From: PVC group bacterium | GTDB taxonomy: Bacteria; Omnitrophota; Gorgyraeia; B26-G9 | Reading direction: 5' to 3' | Assembly (NCBI GenBank): GCA_024231215.1 | Contig: JAAEQR010000072.1 | Coordinates: 65,210 to 129,209, forward strand | DNA length: 64,000 nucleotides | Part shown: one piece after another, positions 26,216 through 36,439 of the stretch | How the letters are laid out: each line of letters starts with the position of its first letter | How positions within the stretch are numbered: the first letter of the stretch is position 1 | The notes under the pieces: model-generated | Database searches by the model: none | The model's input: only the letters and a program-made list of their open reading frames with translations | Told to the model about the DNA's origin: nothing | Translations under genes and position numbers: made by a program

Positions 26216-27928
26216 ATGAAAAATATATTTAATAGATTTTTGGATATCTTAATGAGCGTAACTGCTCTAGTATCTTTTTTGCTTTTACTTATGCAGTGGG
26301 GTGGGGTAGACTTTTCTCAAATAACATCTCAGATAGCTGATGCCGATAAATTATGTGAGACTATTGATGGAATAGTTTTATATATATTTTTGGCGATTGT
26401 TGTCCTTCGATTTTTATTTTCTGGTTCTAAAAAAGAATATTTTAAAAAATACTGGCTTGATTTGCTGGTATTTATACCTATTGCTCAATTTTTCTTGCAA
26501 GGAGTAAGAACGGCAAGATTATTTATTGTAATTAGGCAGGGATTTGTTATCTTTTACAAATTGTTCCGGAGTAATTTGTTAAAAAAGATTATTAGCTTAT
26601 TAGGGCTTAAGCCGGCACAGCTATTGGTAGTCAGTTTCATGATGGCTATTCTGATCGGAGCTTTTTTGCTGACGCTACCCATAGCGACTACAGATGGAAG
26701 AGGCGCTGATTTTATTGATGCCTTATTTACCGCTACTTCAGCTACTTGTGTTACCGGATTAATTGTTAAAGATACCGGTACGTTTTTCTCTCTTTTTGGC
26801 CAGCTGATCATTCTTCTTTTGATTCAGGTTGGAGCGTTGGGAATAATGACTTTTTCTATAACTTTGTTTGTTGCGGTAGGCAAAAAGATATCTAATAAAG
26901 AAGCTATGGCTATGCAGGAAGTTTTAGACCAGGATAGTGTTGCCGATATTTTGGGAGTAGTTAAATTTATTGCGACTATGACAGTTTTTGTGGAATTTTT
27001 AGGTGCAGCTTTTTTGTTTTTTTCCTTTGAGCCGTATATTTCTGATCCGATTCAAAGGTGGTATATATCTGTTTTTCACTCAATTTCTGCGTTTTGTAAT
27101 GCCGGCTTTTCTTTGTTTTCAGATAACTTAACGGGGTTTGCCCTGGATGTTAATATCAATTTATGCATTTCGTTTTTAATAATTTTTGGTGGTATAGGTT
27201 TTATCGTAGTTAAAGACATTTGGGATAAATATATATTGCGTAAACGAGCCAGAAGTATCGGGGTGCGTTTGCATACAAAGCTGGTACTTACCGTTACTTT
27301 GTCTTTGCTTGTAATCGGGACGGTTTTGATCTTCTTCGCTGAGAATAATGTGGGGTTAAACGGGTTAGCCTTAAAAGATAAAATATTAATGAGTTTCTTT
27401 CAGTCGGTTACGACCCGGACAGCAGGATTTAATACAATGGATATTGGCCGTCTTACTAATGCCAGTATTTTTTCGATGATAATTTTAATGTTTATTGGAG
27501 CATCTGCCGGTTCTACTGGTGGAGGGATTAAAACCACGACGTTTTGGATTATTTTAAAAGCATTTACCAGACATATGCAGAACAAAGAGGATATAAGCGC
27601 ATTCAAACGTAAAATTCCGGATGTGCTTTTAGGTAAAGCATTGACAATATTTGTACTTTCTGCTGGTTTGGTTGTTTTATTTACATATTTGCTTTCGATT
27701 TTTGAGTCTTTTTCTTTTCGGGATATAGTGTTTGAAGTAGTATCAGCCTTTGGTACGGTTGGGTTATCTTGTGGGATAACCCCGGATTTTCATATGGGTG
27801 GAAAGATTTTGATTACAATATTAATGTTTTTAGGAAGGCTTGGTCCATTGACAATGGTTCTTGCTTTTGCTGCATATAAGCGAAAGATAAATTATACTTA
27901 TGCCGAAGAGAAGATAATGGTGGGATAA
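26216..27928 (+). CDS. trkH: TrkH/KtrB family cation (K+) transporter with ~100-aa N-terminal extension
   Basis: Four MPM repeats with selectivity-filter glycines (SATCVTG, FCNAGFS, TRTAGFNT, GSTGGGIKTTTF; GTVGLSCG). Confidence 0.8.
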   Translation: MKNIFNRFLDILMSVTALVSFLLLLMQWGGVDFSQITSQIADADKLCETIDGIVLYIFLAIVVLRFLFSGSKKEYFKKYWLDLLVFIPIAQFFLQGVRTARLFIVIRQGFVIFYKLFRSNLLKKIISLLGLKPAQLLVVSFMMAILIGAFLLTLPIATTDGRGADFIDALFTATSATCVTGLIVKDTGTFFSLFGQLIILLLIQVGALGIMTFSITLFVAVGKKISNKEAMAMQEVLDQDSVADILGVVKFIATMTVFVEFLGAAFLFFSFEPYISDPIQRWYISVFHSISAFCNAGFSLFSDNLTGFALDVNINLCISFLIIFGGIGFIVVKDIWDKYILRKRARSIGVRLHTKLVLTVTLSLLVIGTVLIFFAENNVGLNGLALKDKILMSFFQSVTTRTAGFNTMDIGRLTNASIFSMIILMFIGASAGSTGGGIKTTTFWIILKAFTRHMQNKEDISAFKRKIPDVLLGKALTIFVLSAGLVVLFTYLLSIFESFSFRDIVFEVVSAFGTVGLSCGITPDFHMGGKILITILMFLGRLGPLTMVLAFAAYKRKINYTYAEEKIMVG

Positions 27929-27970
27929 CCACAAATTATTATTTTATAGATTTAGTAAGGGAGGCAGATA

Positions 27971-29026
27971 ATGTATTATCCGGTTACAAGATTGAGAAGG
28001 CTTCGTAAAAGTCAAATTCTGAGAGATATGATTCAGGAAACAGATTTAAATGTGCGTTCTTTGATTTATCCGGTTTTTGTTGTCGAAGGGGAGAGTGTAA
28101 AAAAACCGATAAAGTCTATGCCTGGGCATTACAGGGTTTCGACAGACGTTCTGTTGAAAGAACTTAAAGAAATTACGGAATTACATGTTCCGGCTATAAT
28201 GTTGTTTGGAATTCCGGAACGTAAAGATGAACGTGCTACAGCGGCATATGCTAAGAACGGAATTGTACAGACCGCGGTTAAAGCTATAAAAGACAAATAT
28301 CCGAAACTTGTGGTAATTACTGATGTCTGTCTTTGTGCGTATACATCTTCTGGTCATTGTGGGATTGTGAAGAACTGGGCTGCACCAAATAAAGAAGAGA
28401 CAACTGATGAATTACAGAAAACTGAAAGCAGTCAAGCACAGGATATAGTTATTTATAATGACGCCTCTTGTGAATTGCTGGCTAAAATGGCTATTTCCCA
28501 TGCTGAGGCCGGTGCGGATATGGTTGCACCCAGTAGTATGATGGACGGACAGGTAGCGGCGATTAGAGGGGGATTAGATGCGAATAATTTTAAGCATATA
28601 CCAATTTTAGCTTACAGCGCTAAATATTCTTCAGCATTCTATGGACCGTTTCGAGAAGCAGCAAATTCTGCTCCCGGGGCTGGGGATCGCAAGACTTATC
28701 AGATGAATCCGGCGAATGCGGCTGAAGCAATGAGGGAAATGGAATTGGATATCCAGGAAGGTGCGGATATTCTTATGGTTAAACCAGCGCTGGCTTATTT
28801 AGATATAATAGCTAAAGCAAAACAGCGTTTTAATATCCCTTTGGTTGCGTATAGTGTAAGTGGTGAGTTTTCAATGATCAAAGCGGCTGTGGCTAACGGT
28901 TGGGTGGATGAAAAAGAGATTGTATTGGAAACATTGACCAGCATGAAACGAGCCGGAGCGGATTTGATAATTACCTATTATGCCAAAGATGTAGCGCGTT
29001 GGCTGAGCGGAAAGTTTTTACTCTAA
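27971..29026 (+). CDS. hemB: porphobilinogen synthase (delta-aminolevulinic acid dehydratase)
   Basis: Active-site lysine regions (MVAPSSMMDGQV; ILMVKPA) and YSAKYSSAFYGPFREA. Contains a ~35-aa acidic insertion (NWAAPNKEETTDELQKTESSQAQD). Confidence 0.9.
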   Translation: MYYPVTRLRRLRKSQILRDMIQETDLNVRSLIYPVFVVEGESVKKPIKSMPGHYRVSTDVLLKELKEITELHVPAIMLFGIPERKDERATAAYAKNGIVQTAVKAIKDKYPKLVVITDVCLCAYTSSGHCGIVKNWAAPNKEETTDELQKTESSQAQDIVIYNDASCELLAKMAISHAEAGADMVAPSSMMDGQVAAIRGGLDANNFKHIPILAYSAKYSSAFYGPFREAANSAPGAGDRKTYQMNPANAAEAMREMELDIQEGADILMVKPALAYLDIIAKAKQRFNIPLVAYSVSGEFSMIKAAVANGWVDEKEIVLETLTSMKRAGADLIITYYAKDVARWLSGKFLL

Positions 29027-30043
29027 ATGTTGATTTCTTGGAATATTACCAAAGCTTGTAATTTAAAGTGTGAACATTGTTATCGTGATGCCGGAAATTC
29101 TCAGAATAATGAATTAAGTTTGGAAGAGGGGAAGACCTTACTTTCGGATTTAAAGTCACTGGGGTTCCGGCTGATTATTTTTTCCGGCGGAGAGCCTTTG
29201 CTGCGGGATGATTTATATGAGCTGATTAGCTTTTCCCGTAGTTTGGGGTTGATTAGTGTATTAGGAACTAATGGGACATTAATTGATGATAATATTGCGC
29301 AGAAATTAAAGCAGGTGGGGCTTAAGCGTGTGGGTATAAGTCTTGATTCTGTTATTCCCCAGCGGCATGATCGGTTTCGCGGTATTGATAAGTCTTGGGA
29401 GAAAGCGGTCGGTGGTATGAAAAGCTGTAAGAAGGTCGGCCTCGAATTTCAGGTTCATACTACGGTTACGACTAAAAATATAAATGAGGTTTTAAATATA
29501 ACTGATTTTGCTCAAAAGATCGGAGCACAAGCCCATCATATATTTTTTCTTGTTCCTACCGGAAGAGGTAAAAATATCGATACAGTTATTCCTAGTGCTG
29601 CAGAGTACGAATCATTACTTACCAATATCCTAGAGAAACAAAGCAAAGTATCTATAGAATTAAAGCCGGTATGTGCCCCGCAATTTACACGTATTGCAAG
29701 GACTAGGCATATTGATACCCGTTTTGAAAAAGGATGTTTAGCGGGTGTAAGTTATGCCTGTATCTTGCCGGATGGAACAGTTCATCCTTGTCCTTATTTA
29801 CCGATTGATTTAGGGAATGTGCGGGAGCAGGGAATTATTGATATCTGGCAAAAAAATGAAACATTAAAGAAATTACGTGACGCCGAATGGGGAGGTAAAT
29901 GCGGAATATGCGAATTTAAAGATATTTGTTCCGGATGTCGCGCAGCCGCGTTCTATCAATCACAAGGTGACTATTTAGCTGAGGATATAAATTGTTCTTA
30001 TGAACCCAAAAGAAAAAAAATTATTGAAGATCCTGCAATCTGA
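29027..30043 (+). CDS. radical SAM/SPASM enzyme of the AhbC/AhbD/NirJ family (alternative heme biosynthesis)
   Basis: CNLKCEHCY radical SAM motif plus C-terminal SPASM cysteines (CGKCGICEFKDICSGCRAAAF). Sits between hemB and the ahbA/B-like genes. Confidence 0.7.
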   Translation: MLISWNITKACNLKCEHCYRDAGNSQNNELSLEEGKTLLSDLKSLGFRLIIFSGGEPLLRDDLYELISFSRSLGLISVLGTNGTLIDDNIAQKLKQVGLKRVGISLDSVIPQRHDRFRGIDKSWEKAVGGMKSCKKVGLEFQVHTTVTTKNINEVLNITDFAQKIGAQAHHIFFLVPTGRGKNIDTVIPSAAEYESLLTNILEKQSKVSIELKPVCAPQFTRIARTRHIDTRFEKGCLAGVSYACILPDGTVHPCPYLPIDLGNVREQGIIDIWQKNETLKKLRDAEWGGKCGICEFKDICSGCRAAAFYQSQGDYLAEDINCSYEPKRKKIIEDPAI

Positions 30044-30446
30044 GTTTCCTGTAACTATTAATCCGTATAGAGAGATAGCCAGGAAATTGAAGCTTAGTGA
30101 AGATGAGTTGATTAAAAAAATAAAATCATTCAAACTCAGAGGGATTATTCGTAGGGTTGGGGGTAGTGTTAATGCTAAGCAGTTGGGGTTTAAGAGTGTT
30201 TTAGTTGCAGTTCAAGTGAGAGAAGATAACGTAACTAAAGTCGCAGAATTTATTAGTGATTCAGACAATGTTTCGCATAATTATTTGCGTAAAGACGAAT
30301 ATAATGTTTGGTTTACTTTTAGTGCCCGGACAATAAAACAGATGAACGATTTTTTAAGTAAACTAAAACGTAAACGAGGAGTGGTTGATGTCCTGGTGTT
30401 ACCACAGAAAAAGGAATTTAAGATAAACGCAGAGTTTGTATTATGA
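30000..30446 (+). CDS. siroheme decarboxylase subunit (AhbA/AhbB, NirD/L/G/H family, AsnC-like fold)
   Basis: ~150 aa. N-terminal HTH-like KKLLKILQSEFPVTINPYREIARKLKLSEDELIKKIKSFKLRGIIRRVGGSVN pattern typical of NirDLGH/AhbAB. Confidence 0.7.
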   Translation: MNPKEKKLLKILQSEFPVTINPYREIARKLKLSEDELIKKIKSFKLRGIIRRVGGSVNAKQLGFKSVLVAVQVREDNVTKVAEFISDSDNVSHNYLRKDEYNVWFTFSARTIKQMNDFLSKLKRKRGVVDVLVLPQKKEFKINAEFVL

Positions 30447-30922
30447 AAAACAAAATACTAAACGATTTTCAAAAAGAAATTTTGCGGTTTTTACAAAAAG
30501 ATCTGCCGTTAGAGATGTCACCTTATGCGGCATTAGCTGAAAAACTCAATACGGATGAAACTGCTATTATAAGAGAAATTAAGAGACTAAAGGCGCAGGG
30601 ATATATTAGGCGTTTTGGAGCAATATTAAATCATCGCAAAGTAGGACTGAATGCAAACTGTATGTGTGTGTGGAATGTTCCTGAGCAAAAGATAAGTAAA
30701 GTAGCAAAGCTGGCTATAGGTAAGAATCAAATAAGTCATTGTTATTTAAGAAAGATATCTAAAAAATGGTCGTATAATTTTTATACTATGATTCATGGTC
30801 GTTCTAAACAGGAATGTTTTGATGTTGTGGCAGATCTATTGGCTAAGACCGGAGTTGATGATTATAAGATGTTGTTTACAAAGAAACAATTTAAAAAAAC
30901 TAGTCCTGAATATAGATTATAG
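30443..30922 (+). CDS. siroheme decarboxylase subunit (AhbA/AhbB paralog)
   Basis: Paralog of the previous gene (QKEILRFLQKDLPLEMSPYAALAEKLNTDETAIIREIKRLKAQGYIRRFGAILN). Tandem arrangement typical of the heterodimeric AhbA/AhbB. Confidence 0.7.
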   Translation: MKNKILNDFQKEILRFLQKDLPLEMSPYAALAEKLNTDETAIIREIKRLKAQGYIRRFGAILNHRKVGLNANCMCVWNVPEQKISKVAKLAIGKNQISHCYLRKISKKWSYNFYTMIHGRSKQECFDVVADLLAKTGVDDYKMLFTKKQFKKTSPEYRL

Positions 30923-30932
30923 GGGCGAAACT

Positions 30933-32246
30933 ATGTTTTCGCCCGTGACAAAGAAAATTATGAATACAAAAAAATCAGTAACATATTATAAGCAGGCAGT
31001 AAAGCTTATGCCTGGGGGAGTGAATAGTCCAGTGCGTGCTTTTGGTGCGGTTGGCGGTAATCCTATATTTATTGACCGGGCTAAAGGATCTAAGGTATAT
31101 GATGTTGACGGTAATAGTTACATAGATTATGTATTAAGCTGGGGCCCGCTTATTTTAGGCCATGCACAGAAACAAGTTATTAGTATAATTAAAAAGAGTT
31201 TGTCCAGAGGTACTAGTTTTGGTGCTCCGACTAAGGCTGAAGTTGAATTATCGAAGATGATTAATCAGGCATTTCCCAGTATGCAGATGATGCGGTTGGT
31301 TAATTCCGGGACAGAAGCGACAATGAGCGCTATTCGGTTGGCTCGTGGTTATACTAAAAAAGATAAAATTGTTAAGTTTTCGGGTTGTTATCATGGGCAT
31401 AATGACAGCCTTTTGGTCAAAGCGGGTAGCGGTGCTGCGACGTTTGGTGTTCCTTCAAGCCATGGGATCCCGCGTGATCTTACCCGGGGAACGATTGTTT
31501 TGCCCTATAATAATATTGATAAATTAAAGTCAGTGATAAAGTCTCGTTATAAAGAGATTGCTGCGGTGATTGTTGAGCCGATTTGCGGGAATATGGGAGT
31601 TGTTTTGCCGGATAAGGGTTTTTTATCAGAGATGCGCAAAATTACTCGCAAATACGGGGTTTTACTTATTTTTGATGAAATAATCACTGGGTTTCGTTTC
31701 TGTTTCGGAGGAGCTCAGAAGTTATTTAAAGTAAAGCCGGATATTACTTGTCTAGGCAAGATTATTGGCGGGGGAATGCCGATCGGTGCTTATGGAGCGA
31801 GTAAGAAGATTATGCAACATATTAGTCCTCTGGGAGGGGTGTATCAGGCGGGTACGCTTTCTGGGAATCCGATTGCGGTAGCGTGTGGATTAAAAACTTT
31901 ACAGATTTTGCGTGAAATGGATTATAATAAGCTTAATAAGTTATGTGCTTATTTATGTAGGGAAATAACTCAAGCTTGTAACCACCATAGTATGAATATG
32001 CGCATAAACCGTATTGGCTCAATGTTTACGCTATTTTTCAGTCAAGAGCAGGTAGTTGATTTCCGGACGGCTTACAAAGCAGATACGGGAAAATACGCGC
32101 AATATTTTAGACAGATGCTTAAGGCAGGGATATATTTGCCGCCTTCGCAGTTTGAGGCTAATTTTCTGTCATTTGCACATACAGAGAAAGATATAGCATT
32201 TACAATAGCGGCAGTTAAAAAAGTGTTGGAGAAATTGAGGAGATAA
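30933..32246 (+). CDS. hemL: glutamate-1-semialdehyde 2,1-aminomutase
   Basis: Class III aminotransferase: [13 protein letters not shown]-Lys region ([11 protein letters not shown]), AGTLSGNP. Start chosen at MFSPVTKK (ATG 30933); the track ORF 30795 overlaps the upstream gene. Confidence 0.9.
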   Translation: MFSPVTKKIMNTKKSVTYYKQAVKLMPGGVNSPVRAFGAVGGNPIFIDRAKGSKVYDVDGNSYIDYVLSWGPLILGHAQKQVISIIKKSLSRGTSFGAPTKAEVELSKMINQAFPSMQMMRLVNSGTEATMSAIRLARGYTKKDKIVKFSGCYHGHNDSLLVKAGSGAATFGVPSSHGIPRDLTRGTIVLPYNNIDKLKSVIKSRYKEIAAVIVEPICGNMGVVLPDKGFLSEMRKITRKYGVLLIFDEIITGFRFCFGGAQKLFKVKPDITCLGKIIGGGMPIGAYGASKKIMQHISPLGGVYQAGTLSGNPIAVACGLKTLQILREMDYNKLNKLCAYLCREITQACNHHSMNMRINRIGSMFTLFFSQEQVVDFRTAYKADTGKYAQYFRQMLKAGIYLPPSQFEANFLSFAHTEKDIAFTIAAVKKVLEKLRR

Positions 32247-32247
32247 C

Positions 32248-32496
32248 ATGTTTAGTGTTGGGATGCCGGAGCTTATTTTAGTGTTTGTGGTGGCTTTACT
32301 TGTTTTTGGGCCGCGTAAGCTGCCTGAAATTGGTCGTACCCTGGGAAAGGCTATGCGCGAATTTAAGCGTGCAGCCGATGATTTTAAAGAAGCAATAAAT
32401 CAGGAACCTCCAGAAGAATTGGTAAAAGAAGTAGAAGATAAGTTAAAGGCGAATGAAGAAGAGCTGAAAAAAGAAGGGAAGGAGCTTAGTGGTTAA
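32248..32496 (+). CDS. tatA: twin-arginine translocase subunit TatA/TatB family
   Basis: [42 protein letters not shown]: TM helix + hinge Gly-Pro + amphipathic helix. Confidence 0.85.
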   Translation: MFSVGMPELILVFVVALLVFGPRKLPEIGRTLGKAMREFKRAADDFKEAINQEPPEELVKEVEDKLKANEEELKKEGKELSG

Positions 32497-33223
32497 GACA
32501 AAATCCCGTATGGATAACCCCCTGTCGATTATTCAGCATTTAGAGGAGATGCGTAACCGGATTCTTATTTCTTTGCTTTTAATTATCGTTTGTACTTCTT
32601 TAGGCTATAGTTTTATTCCTCAGATAATGAAGATTATTACGAAGCCTGTAGGTAAACTTTATTTCATGGGGCCGACTGAGGCTTTCTGGGTGCAATTAAA
32701 AGTAGCTTTGTTTGTCGGACTTTATTTTTCTCTGCCGTTTATTTTTTATCAAGTCTGGAAGTTTGTAGAGATTGGACTGAAGCAGAAAGAAAGATCTTTT
32801 CTTGGTCCGTTGAGTTTTTCTTCATTTTTTCTGTTTAGTGTAGGAGGGGCTTTTTGTTATCTGATAGTTATTCCGGTCGCAATGAAATTCCTGCTTTCTT
32901 ATGGATCGTCGATTTTACAGCCATTGATTTCGGTAAGTAAATATGTATCATTTATCGGATGTATGATTTTTGCTTTTGGTATTACTTTTCAGTTGCCGTT
33001 GGTTATGCTGTTTCTCGGTCGGCTGGGGATTGTTCAGGATCAGGCTTTGAGGAAGTTCCGGCGTTTTGCTATTGTCGGTAGTTTTATTATTGCTGCTGCG
33101 CTTACACCTACGCCGGATATGGTGAATCAGACACTTTTGGCTTTGCCGATTATTGTGTTGTATGAGTTGAGTATTTGGTTAGTGAAAATTTTCGGACGCA
33201 AGGAAAATGATAATTTGGAATAA
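32489..33223 (+). CDS. tatC: twin-arginine translocase subunit TatC
   Basis: Six TM helices. N-terminal [15 protein letters not shown]. Conserved TatC P/G-rich loops. Confidence 0.85.
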   Translation: MVKTKSRMDNPLSIIQHLEEMRNRILISLLLIIVCTSLGYSFIPQIMKIITKPVGKLYFMGPTEAFWVQLKVALFVGLYFSLPFIFYQVWKFVEIGLKQKERSFLGPLSFSSFFLFSVGGAFCYLIVIPVAMKFLLSYGSSILQPLISVSKYVSFIGCMIFAFGITFQLPLVMLFLGRLGIVQDQALRKFRRFAIVGSFIIAAALTPTPDMVNQTLLALPIIVLYELSIWLVKIFGRKENDNLE

Positions 33224-33311
33224 CCCGCCACAAAGATTGGCGAGGTCAATTCACGCGGATTATTTAGGTATATAAATTCCTAAATGATGCGTTCATTGAA
33301 AGGGGGACAAG

Positions 33312-33485
33312 ATGGGTAGATTTGGAGTTCCGGAGCTGGTTTTAATTCTAATTATTTTATTGCTTTTATTTGGGGCAAGTAAATTGCCGCAGATGGCTCG
33401 TGCGTTAGGTGAGAGTATAAAAGAATTTAAAAAGTCAGTTAATAATAAAGAAGAAAAACCACAGGAAAAAAAAGAAGATTCTTAA
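33312..33485 (+). CDS. tatA: second TatA/TatE-family paralog (57 aa), not in ORF track
   Basis: MGRFGVPELVLILIILLLLFGASKLPQMARALGESIKEFKKS..., same architecture as TatA. RBS AGGGGGA 6 nt upstream. Confidence 0.65.
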   Translation: MGRFGVPELVLILIILLLLFGASKLPQMARALGESIKEFKKSVNNKEEKPQEKKEDS

Positions 33486-33497
33486 TAGGATATATTT

Positions 33498-34676
33498 ATG
33501 GCCACAGTTATTCTTAAACCCGCACAGGATAGCCGTATTGCTACGGGTTATCCCCGTGTATTTAATTCACAGATAAGGAATATCCAGGGAAATTTTAAGC
33601 CGGGAGATATTGTTTCGATTAAAAACTCTCAAAGTAGATTTTTAGGACGAGGATATATTAATCCTGGATCTAATATTCCGGTAAGGATTCTAACTCGTGC
33701 GGATGAACCGATAGATAAGGAGTTTTTAACCCGTCGCATAAAACAGGCGATTGACTTTCGCAAGAAAATAATCACAGAAGACACTAACGTTTATAGACTT
33801 GTCTTTTCAGAATCAGATTTTTTGCCAGGGCTTATTGTTGATGTATACGGGAATTGTCTGGTAGTGCAAATTCTTACTTTAGGAATGGAGAGTCGCAAGG
33901 ATCTTATTATTGATATTCTCCAGGAATTCATGAAGCCTAAAGGTATATATTTACGTAATGATACTCCGGCTCGCATGATGGAAGGATTAGTGTTGGAGAA
34001 GAAGGGTATATCAGGGCGTTTTGGTACAAAGGTAGAAGTAAGAGAAAACGGTATTCCTTTTGTTGTAGATATTGAAAACGGGCAAAAGACAGGGTTTTAT
34101 ATTGACCGGCGTGACAATAGGTATTTTTTAAAACAGCTGGTTAAGGATAAGAGTGTGCTTGATTGTTTTTGTTATACAGGAGCGTTTTCGACATATGCTT
34201 GTAGTTATGGAGCTGCTAAGCTTGTGGGAGCGGACATTTCAGCGCATTCTTTAAAATACGCCAGGACAAACATGCGGCTTAATAAGATAAGCTCACGGCG
34301 TTATGATTTTAAGGAAGAAGATGCTTTTAATCTTTTAAGGTCTTTGGACAAGCGCAAGGAGACTTTTGATGTGGTGATTCTTGACCCGCCGAGCTTGGTT
34401 AGTTCTAAAAATAAGATAGCTGGAGGTCTGCGAGGGTACCGGGAATTAAACTTAAGAGCTTTGCGCATTTTAAACAGGGGAGGGACTTTGGTTACGATAA
34501 GCGGATCTTACCATGTCCAGGAGCATCTGTTTAAACAGCTAATTCAGGAAGTTGCGGAAAAAGAAGGGCGTATTGTTCGTGTAATAAATTGGGGGCAACA
34601 GGCATCGGATCATCCTAGTTTTCTGAATATAAAAGAGAATTCTTATTTAAAATGTCTTGTTGCAGAAATATTGTAG
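33498..34676 (+). CDS. rlmI: 23S rRNA m5C methyltransferase RlmI/RlmK-like (PUA + class I SAM MTase)
   Basis: N-terminal PUA-like region. GFYIDRRDNR, LDCFCYTGAFS (SAM-binding), VILDPPS motif. Confidence 0.75.
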   Translation: MATVILKPAQDSRIATGYPRVFNSQIRNIQGNFKPGDIVSIKNSQSRFLGRGYINPGSNIPVRILTRADEPIDKEFLTRRIKQAIDFRKKIITEDTNVYRLVFSESDFLPGLIVDVYGNCLVVQILTLGMESRKDLIIDILQEFMKPKGIYLRNDTPARMMEGLVLEKKGISGRFGTKVEVRENGIPFVVDIENGQKTGFYIDRRDNRYFLKQLVKDKSVLDCFCYTGAFSTYACSYGAAKLVGADISAHSLKYARTNMRLNKISSRRYDFKEEDAFNLLRSLDKRKETFDVVILDPPSLVSSKNKIAGGLRGYRELNLRALRILNRGGTLVTISGSYHVQEHLFKQLIQEVAEKEGRIVRVINWGQQASDHPSFLNIKENSYLKCLVAEIL

Positions 34677-34677
34677 T

Positions 34678-35205
34678 TTACCAGTCGAAATTATTATCGG
34701 AAGAGGTCTGATTGGATCGTATTTTTTTAGTAGGTTGCTTCTTTCGCTTTTTATTTATTTGATTTTTTGTATGGTTAAGTTCTATCTTCAGGGATTTTAA
34801 ATTTTGCTGTAATTTTAGAGTTTTTCCCTTAGCCTTAGTTAATTCGTTACCTAAAGCATCATTAGTTTTTTGGGATTTTTTCAATTCTTTTGCTATCTTA
34901 TTATGTGCATGCTCTGCTTTATTCAAGTCTTTTTTTAGGGATTTATTTTTTTCTCTTTCTTCGGTTAGTTTATTCTTTAGCGTAGTTGTGGATTTTTGCA
35001 GATCTCCGCATCTATTTTTTGTCCGTTTTAGATCATCAGTGATGACAGTATTAGCCTGGGTAAGCTCTTTTACCCGGGTATAAAGATCGCCGCTTTTTTC
35101 TAATTCGACTTTTTTCCTTGAATTTGCTCCTACAGCCCAGATGACGCAGATAACCGTAAGAATAACAAATAGGGTCAAGATGTTTCTTAATACAGAGTTA
35201 TTCAT
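34678..35205 (-). CDS. membrane-anchored coiled-coil protein, hypothetical
   Basis: One N-terminal TM helix followed by a K/E/L-rich heptad-like sequence. No enzymatic motif. Confidence 0.4.
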   Translation of the reverse strand: MNNSVLRNILTLFVILTVICVIWAVGANSRKKVELEKSGDLYTRVKELTQANTVITDDLKRTKNRCGDLQKSTTTLKNKLTEEREKNKSLKKDLNKAEHAHNKIAKELKKSQKTNDALGNELTKAKGKTLKLQQNLKSLKIELNHTKNQINKKRKKQPTKKIRSNQTSSDNNFDW

Positions 35206-35241
35206 ACTTTATAACGGACACAGGTTGTGACCTGTCCCTAC

Positions 35242-35907
35242 CTATTTCATCTCTCCGGGTTGTGGTGCGGATGGTTTTTGTGTACTAGTTTTTTTCTTGA
35301 TAATCTTTTGCGGGAGAATAGTTATTTCCACGCGTCTGTTTTGTTGGCGTCCACTTGTGACGCTGTTGGATGCTACCGGACGATATTCACCGTATCCTAC
35401 GGCAGATAGACGGGTAGGGGCAGTGTTCTTGTTATCGACTAGATAATGTAATACGCTTGTTGCTCTTGCTGTGGAAAGTTCCCAATTAGACTTCCAGGTT
35501 GAACGAACAATAGGCTGATTGTCGGTATGTCCTTCAATAGCAATATCACGGTCTAAAACCTGATTATTTAAAACAGCAGCTACTTTATCCAGGACTGAAT
35601 GCGCTGTTTTTCTGATTTTGGCTTTTCCAGAGTCGAATAAAATTTCAGCGACAAAGGTGATAACAAGTCCTTTATCGAGCATCTGTAAACGAATATTTTT
35701 TTCTTCAATTTCTTTTTTGAACTGTTCTTCAAGTTCTTTTTTTGCTAGTAACAATTCTTCACGGGCTTTTTGTTCTTCTGCCAGCCTGTCACTTAAAGTA
35801 TCAATTTGTTCTAAATCTTTAGGGCTTCTTTTTTGCAGAATAATAGAACATCCACAGAGCCCAACAATTACCGGAATAATAACTAAAAATTTTAATTTGC
35901 TGATCAT
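35242..35907 (-). CDS. OmpA-family peptidoglycan-binding lipoprotein (Pal/MotB-like) with coiled-coil spacer
   Basis: Lipobox (IVGLCGCSI). C-terminal OmpA domain: IEGHTDNQPI...WELSTARATSVLHYLV...RLSAVGYGEYRP...NRRVEI. Confidence 0.8.
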   Translation of the reverse strand: MISKLKFLVIIPVIVGLCGCSIILQKRSPKDLEQIDTLSDRLAEEQKAREELLLAKKELEEQFKKEIEEKNIRLQMLDKGLVITFVAEILFDSGKAKIRKTAHSVLDKVAAVLNNQVLDRDIAIEGHTDNQPIVRSTWKSNWELSTARATSVLHYLVDNKNTAPTRLSAVGYGEYRPVASNSVTSGRQQNRRVEITILPQKIIKKKTSTQKPSAPQPGEMK

Positions 35908-35921
35908 AATCTATCCCTCCT

Positions 35922-36383
35922 TTAAAGATACGTCTTTAATTTTTCCCAGGTTTTGGGGCCGACAACCCCATCTATAGTTAAATTATTTTCTCTCTGAAAT
36001 TCGCGGATTACTTTTTTTGTCTTAGGCCCCATTTGTCCGTCAATATGCCCAGGGTTAAATCCAGCTCCTTTTAACGCTTTTTGTATATCAGTGATGCGTA
36101 TTTTTTTCGCGATAGTCGAAGAGTCTTTTCCCACCGCGGGCAAAACTTCTGCCGGGGATACCGATACCGGATTTTGATAGTCTTGTCCTTGTTCAGAGAG
36201 CAACTTTATATTCATCTCCGGTCTACTAATTATCTGGATTTCCGGAGAAACACATTCTTCAGGCGCTGCTTTTTTAGCCGCCTTCGGGTGTTTTCCCATT
36301 GCCATGACCGGAAGAAGAAGGGATGTTTTCAGCATGAGAGCGACAATTAAAAGTGCTGTGAAAAACAAAAGCCTTCTTTTCAA
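35922..36383 (-). CDS. peptidoglycan-binding (PG_binding_1) domain protein, exported
   Basis: Signal peptide. C-terminal LKGAGFNPGHIDGQMGPKTKKVIREFQRENNLTIDGVVGPKTWEKL matches the PG_binding_1 repeat. Confidence 0.65.
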   Translation of the reverse strand: MKRRLLFFTALLIVALMLKTSLLLPVMAMGKHPKAAKKAAPEECVSPEIQIISRPEMNIKLLSEQGQDYQNPVSVSPAEVLPAVGKDSSTIAKKIRITDIQKALKGAGFNPGHIDGQMGPKTKKVIREFQRENNLTIDGVVGPKTWEKLKTYL

Positions 36384-36439
36384 AGGTGATTCTCCTATAA
36401 ATAATTAATGAGCAATGGAAAGCGATTCTAATGATGCAA

